Below are positions 60,344 to 64,000 of a DNA stretch of 64,000 bases, one piece after another (the stretch's first letter is position 1; every line of letters starts with the position of its first letter). The translations under genes were made by a program, and so were the position numbers. The stretch comes from an uncultured Nitrospinaceae bacterium (GTDB taxonomy: Bacteria > UBA8248): the NCBI GenBank assembly GCA_964005815.1, contig CAXFSR010000063.1, positions 1 through 64,000 on the forward strand, given 5' to 3'. A model generated the notes under the pieces. It did no database searches. It saw only the letters and a list, made by a program, of their open reading frames with translations, and was not told where the DNA came from.

Positions 60344-60432
60344 GAAAAGTATTTTAAAACGTAAAAATTTATGTATATTAGAACTAGAATTTTTTCACAC
60401 AAAGAAAGACTCTTCCAAAAGGATATTTCAGT

Positions 60433-61734
60433 ATGCTGACCGATCCAAGATTCACGCCAAGAGAAGGAAGAACTCTGGTTCCCGGAGCTTCATTATCCTT
60501 AAACGAAAGAGACAGAAGATGGGAACTCGCTCGTTCAGAAATGAGTTCACGTAAAATTGACTGTCTTATAATAATAGCGAGAGGATACAACTCAAACGGC
60601 AATGTTCGATGGCTTGATAACGGAGACTACAGCGAAAGACACCTAATCTTCCCTATAGAGGGAGAACCAATGAATTTTTGGTTGCTTCAGAACTGGGGAA
60701 AATGGTTTACCGAAACGTGCTGGGAAGGAATTCGCTATAGAGGACATGAAGGGAAATATAGTGTAGTAGCTTCTGATACGATAAAAGAACTTGGGTATGA
60801 AAACGGAAAAATAGGTATTGTTGGTCTCATCGGTGCTGGCTATGCAGCTGAAGGTAGCATTCCATATATGACTTACCAAAACCTAAAATCCCTACTTCCA
60901 AAAGCGAAATTTGTAGATGCTACTAATATACTCACAAAAGCAAGAATGATTAAAAGCAAAGAGGAAATCGCAATGATCGAAAAGGCTTCCGAACTAGCAA
61001 ATTTGGAAATCGATACTGCTTTAAAGATGCTCAAACCTGGAATACGTGAAAGAGATATATTGGTTGAAATGGATTATGTATCAATGAAGGCAGGAGCGGA
61101 ATTAGGCAGAGACCACTGGACTCTTCTAAATTCAGGAGAAGGTTACCCAGTCAATCACCGTGATACTAATAGAATAATTAAAGACAGAGAGATACTCCAA
61201 CTTGGTCACTACACAAGATTCGCAGGATATTGGAGTCATCCTCACATAGCAATTTCCCTCGGACCTATGAACAAAGAATACAAAGAACTGAGAAATGCTG
61301 TTTCCGAGGGGACTTCGATTGCTCTTGAACTCTTAAAACCAGGAACCGTGTGGAGCAAAATAAATAAATTAGTAGATGAACCTATATTATCCAGAGGGTT
61401 TTATCATGAAGTCCCACAAATTCATGGTACTGGTCTAGATGGCATAGAACCTCCAGTAACTGATGTTTGTGCAGGAAAAATACCAAACAAATATGAATGG
61501 AGAGAAAAATCTCTTCAAGGTTCTATTGAAAACAACTCTGAATGGCAGACTATTGCAGAGGAAAGCAAGACTCCAAGAGGGGAAATTATAGTTGCTGAGG
61601 GAATGTCCCTAGCATTAGAAGTCAAAGCTGCATTCGAAGATAAAATCGCGATATGTTTTGGGCCACAAGTTATAGTGGAAAAAGATGGACCTAGAATATT
61701 AAATCCTGACGCCATGGATGTTATTGAACTATGA
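60433..61734 (+). CDS. M24 (pita-bread fold) peptidase-like protein with creatinase-type N-domain, metal site remodelled
   Basis: E.DRRW, NVRWL, RMIKS.EEI, HGTG, GMSLALE. Confidence 0.78.
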   Translation: MLTDPRFTPREGRTLVPGASLSLNERDRRWELARSEMSSRKIDCLIIIARGYNSNGNVRWLDNGDYSERHLIFPIEGEPMNFWLLQNWGKWFTETCWEGIRYRGHEGKYSVVASDTIKELGYENGKIGIVGLIGAGYAAEGSIPYMTYQNLKSLLPKAKFVDATNILTKARMIKSKEEIAMIEKASELANLEIDTALKMLKPGIRERDILVEMDYVSMKAGAELGRDHWTLLNSGEGYPVNHRDTNRIIKDREILQLGHYTRFAGYWSHPHIAISLGPMNKEYKELRNAVSEGTSIALELLKPGTVWSKINKLVDEPILSRGFYHEVPQIHGTGLDGIEPPVTDVCAGKIPNKYEWREKSLQGSIENNSEWQTIAEESKTPRGEIIVAEGMSLALEVKAAFEDKIAICFGPQVIVEKDGPRILNPDAMDVIEL

Positions 61735-62123
61735 AGTACGAAATCCTGAAGGATATCACAGAAAACAGACCCAAATTTATACCTGGAACATCTGAAAAAC
61801 TAGATGCAGTTTCCGCTGCTCCGGATAACCATATTGTATTATTTGAGAATGAACTTCTAAGGGTAATTAAAGTAATCGTGAGGCCAGGTGAAATGGAAAA
61901 TCTCCATACACATAAATTTCCTTGCATTTTTCAAATAAATAATCTTGTCAAGACAGAATACCATGATGAAAAAGGAAACATTATACCCAGAACCGGAAAA
62001 GGCTACTCTGGGATGATGATATACGTGGAACCCGAAGGAATACATCAAGTGAAAAATGTAGACAAAGAATCCATGGAAGGAATTCGATTTGAAATAAAGA
62101 GTATTAATATCAATACTTTATAG
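61731..62123 (+). CDS. Small cupin-fold protein
   Basis: DAVSAAPDNH.VLFENE.LRV, PGE..NLHTH, H.V.N; ATGA overlap with upstream gene. Confidence 0.75.
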   Translation: MKYEILKDITENRPKFIPGTSEKLDAVSAAPDNHIVLFENELLRVIKVIVRPGEMENLHTHKFPCIFQINNLVKTEYHDEKGNIIPRTGKGYSGMMIYVEPEGIHQVKNVDKESMEGIRFEIKSININTL

Positions 62124-62154
62124 AAAAAGATCTATAAAGTATTTTATATAAAAT

Positions 62155-63579
62155 TTAACAAGGAGGAATTTTCCCTTCCAAATTCAAAAGGTTTTCTTTT
62201 TCCAAAGTATAACCAAATCGCAATACTGTTCCCTCTTTCCACATATCACCTACAATCTGCATAGACATTGGCAATCCATCTGAAGACAAGCCAATAGGTA
62301 CAACTAAAGCGGGAGAACCTGTAAAATTATGCGGTGTCAAGAAAGGTTTAGTGATTGGAGAATTATAATCAATCTCTTTACCATTGATCGAAGATTTCCA
62401 ATCCTCTATACGAGGTGAAATACATGGAAGAGATGGGGCTACAAGAACATCTACTTCACTAAACATTGCAAGAATCTCTCTTTTTAATAATTCTCTTTCT
62501 CTGTATGAGGAAACCAATAGTTCAGGCCCAACGTTCCCAATTCTATCTTCTACTGCTGCTCTCGCAATTTCTCCATAACCTTCGGCATGATCCTTGAAAA
62601 TTGGCAGATGGAATTCTAGGAATTCTGCAGTCAAAATCACATCTATAATTTCTTGAACTTTCTCCATTGAATTCATTTGAAGTTCTTTGACTACTACTCC
62701 ATTCTTTTCAAAAAATTGAATCATCTTTTCAAACGCAGAAAAAATCTCATCATCCACTTCATGATTACTATATAAATCTGGACAAAGTCCAATTTTCATT
62801 CCTTCTATTCCTTTTTTCATTTCAGAAGAAATCTCAGTGGAACTTACAATTTTCGAATATGGATCCAATGAATCATAACCGGAGAGCACTTCCAATATCA
62901 TCGCTGCATCTTCAACACTGCGTGTCATAGGACCAACGTGATCAAAACTCAGTGTGTTAGGACAAACCCCATTCAAACTCACCCTTCCATGTGTCGGTTT
63001 CATCCCAACTATTCCGCAAAGAGCTGAAGGACCTCTAATTGAACTTCCAGTATCTGTCCCCAGAGCAAAAGGAATCATCCTAGAGGATACCGATGCTGCA
63101 GAACCAGAACTCGATCCGCCTGTAGTACGGGTAATATCCCAAGGATTTTTCACAGTACCAAAATAAGGATTATAACTTAGGGGACCAGAAGCAAACTCCT
63201 GAGTATGACATTTTCCAAGCATTACTGCTCCTGCATCTTTTAATTTAGAAACACAGAAAGCATCTTTAGAAGGGATATTATCCTTAAAAACAGAAGAACC
63301 TCTCGTCGTAAGAATACCTTCTGTATCAATAATATCCTTTACTCCAAATGGAATCCCATGAAGAGGACCAAGATATCTTTTTTCTATTATTTCTTTCTCG
63401 GCTATTTTAGCCTGCCCATATGCTTCATCCTTTGCCAAAGTCAGAAACCCCAAGACTCTTTCATTCACATCTTCGATACGCTGGAAACAAGAATCCAATA
63501 CTTCAACTGGAGAAACATCGAGTTTTTTAATAAGCCTACTCAGCTCTGAAACGTTATAATTAAATAATGATTCACTCAA
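62155..63579 (-). CDS. Amidase signature family protein (GatA-like fold)
   Basis: GPLHGIPFGVKD, GGSSSGS, GTDTGSSIR (Ser-cisSer-Lys triad); no gatC/gatB neighbours. Confidence 0.9.
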   Translation of the reverse strand: MSESLFNYNVSELSRLIKKLDVSPVEVLDSCFQRIEDVNERVLGFLTLAKDEAYGQAKIAEKEIIEKRYLGPLHGIPFGVKDIIDTEGILTTRGSSVFKDNIPSKDAFCVSKLKDAGAVMLGKCHTQEFASGPLSYNPYFGTVKNPWDITRTTGGSSSGSAASVSSRMIPFALGTDTGSSIRGPSALCGIVGMKPTHGRVSLNGVCPNTLSFDHVGPMTRSVEDAAMILEVLSGYDSLDPYSKIVSSTEISSEMKKGIEGMKIGLCPDLYSNHEVDDEIFSAFEKMIQFFEKNGVVVKELQMNSMEKVQEIIDVILTAEFLEFHLPIFKDHAEGYGEIARAAVEDRIGNVGPELLVSSYRERELLKREILAMFSEVDVLVAPSLPCISPRIEDWKSSINGKEIDYNSPITKPFLTPHNFTGSPALVVPIGLSSDGLPMSMQIVGDMWKEGTVLRFGYTLEKENLLNLEGKIPPC

Positions 63580-63703
63580 AATAAGCTCCTTTAAGTTTTT
63601 GCTTATTTAAAAAAAAATTATTCTTTAATAGTATACATAGTTAATATTGCATTTGGTTTAATAAATTCAATTTTTAATACATCAGATTTACAAAGGCAAA
63701 AAA

Positions 63704-64000
63704 ATGCATGTACTTAGTTTTTATCAATTCAAAACAATTTCTGATGACTTGCATTCTACTAAAAAACGTATCATTCATTTCTGCAAATCTAATCAGATTC
63801 TAGGAACTACATTAATAGCAAAGGAAGGAATAAATGGAACAGTTTGCGGAGAAAAAAAAGCAATAGAGGAATTTGAGAATCTTTTATTAGCGATTGGATT
63901 TGACTCTTTAGAATCGAAATCATCTCAAACAAACAAGGTCCCATTCAAACGATTAAAAGTAAAAATCAAAAAAGAAATTGTAACTTTTGATAATTTAGGA
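63704..64000 (+). CDS. trhO: Rhodanese-related tRNA uridine(34) hydroxylase TrhO/YceA, 5' part
   Basis: Not in ORF track. Manual translation MHVLSFYQF...GTTLIAKEGINGTV...PFKRLKVKIKKEIVT; open to window end. Confidence 0.85.
   Translation, partial: MHVLSFYQFKTISDDLHSTKKRIIHFCKSNQILGTTLIAKEGINGTVCGEKKAIEEFENLLLAIGFDSLESKSSQTNKVPFKRLKVKIKKEIVTFDNLG

Noticed and set aside
1236..63549. Numerous 60-150 aa ORFs in the track antisense to or overlapping known genes (e.g. 2081-2509, 10320-10760, 16800-17258, 25058-25402)
   Set aside because: Shadow frames of well-supported genes; Ser/Ile/Phe-rich composition typical of reverse complements; no motifs
62155..63579. gatA assignment for the amidase
   Set aside because: No gatC/gatB neighbours and GatA-specific motifs not evident; generic amidase
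1..64000. tRNA/rRNA genes, CRISPR arrays, IS elements, prophage or defence islands
   Set aside because: Intergenic spaces are at most about 250 bp, with no cloverleaf, repeat-spacer or transposase/integrase signature seen by eye

Overview
AT-rich, densely packed bacterial chromosomal segment. Gene order and content resemble Nitrospinota/deltaproteobacteria-type lineages, possibly marine (inference, not proven). About 1-41 kb is mostly housekeeping: murJ (partial), rpsT, and a ~20.7 kb minus-strand run recO-argS-SPOR-lipA-alaC-hom-(apgM-like)-lysC-glyQ-glyS-ppdK-ribD-ribE-ribBX-ribH-nusB-lptE-holA. Then come rpsU, era, aspS, hisS, a small catabolic insert, and rimP-nusA-infB-DUF503-rbfA-truB-rpsO-pnp. 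About 41-64 kb is a patchwork of catabolic/accessory genes (acetoin/2-oxoacid dehydrogenase E1a/E1b/E2, Zn-dehydrogenases, hydrolases, MFS transporters, an M24-fold/cupin pair, an amidase) mixed with miaB-DUF151-phosphatase-uvrD, HU and a partial trhO. I saw no rRNA, tRNA, CRISPR array, integrase or transposase. I cannot demonstrate a complete new system. The best leads are: (1) a 32-aa single-TM microprotein with a GGAGG RBS directly behind pnp, absent from the ORF track; (2) several intact but catalytically rewired proteins (ApgM-like protein in a hom-lysC operon lacking thrC, RibBX, orphan PorC-like subunit, Cys-less MDR, M24 protein with remodelled metal site coupled to a cupin); (3) insertions in RibH and MiaB (CxxCC); (4) an MBL plus Zn-PLC/P1-nuclease-like gene pair; (5) apparent TTG starts on all five aminoacyl-tRNA synthetase genes.
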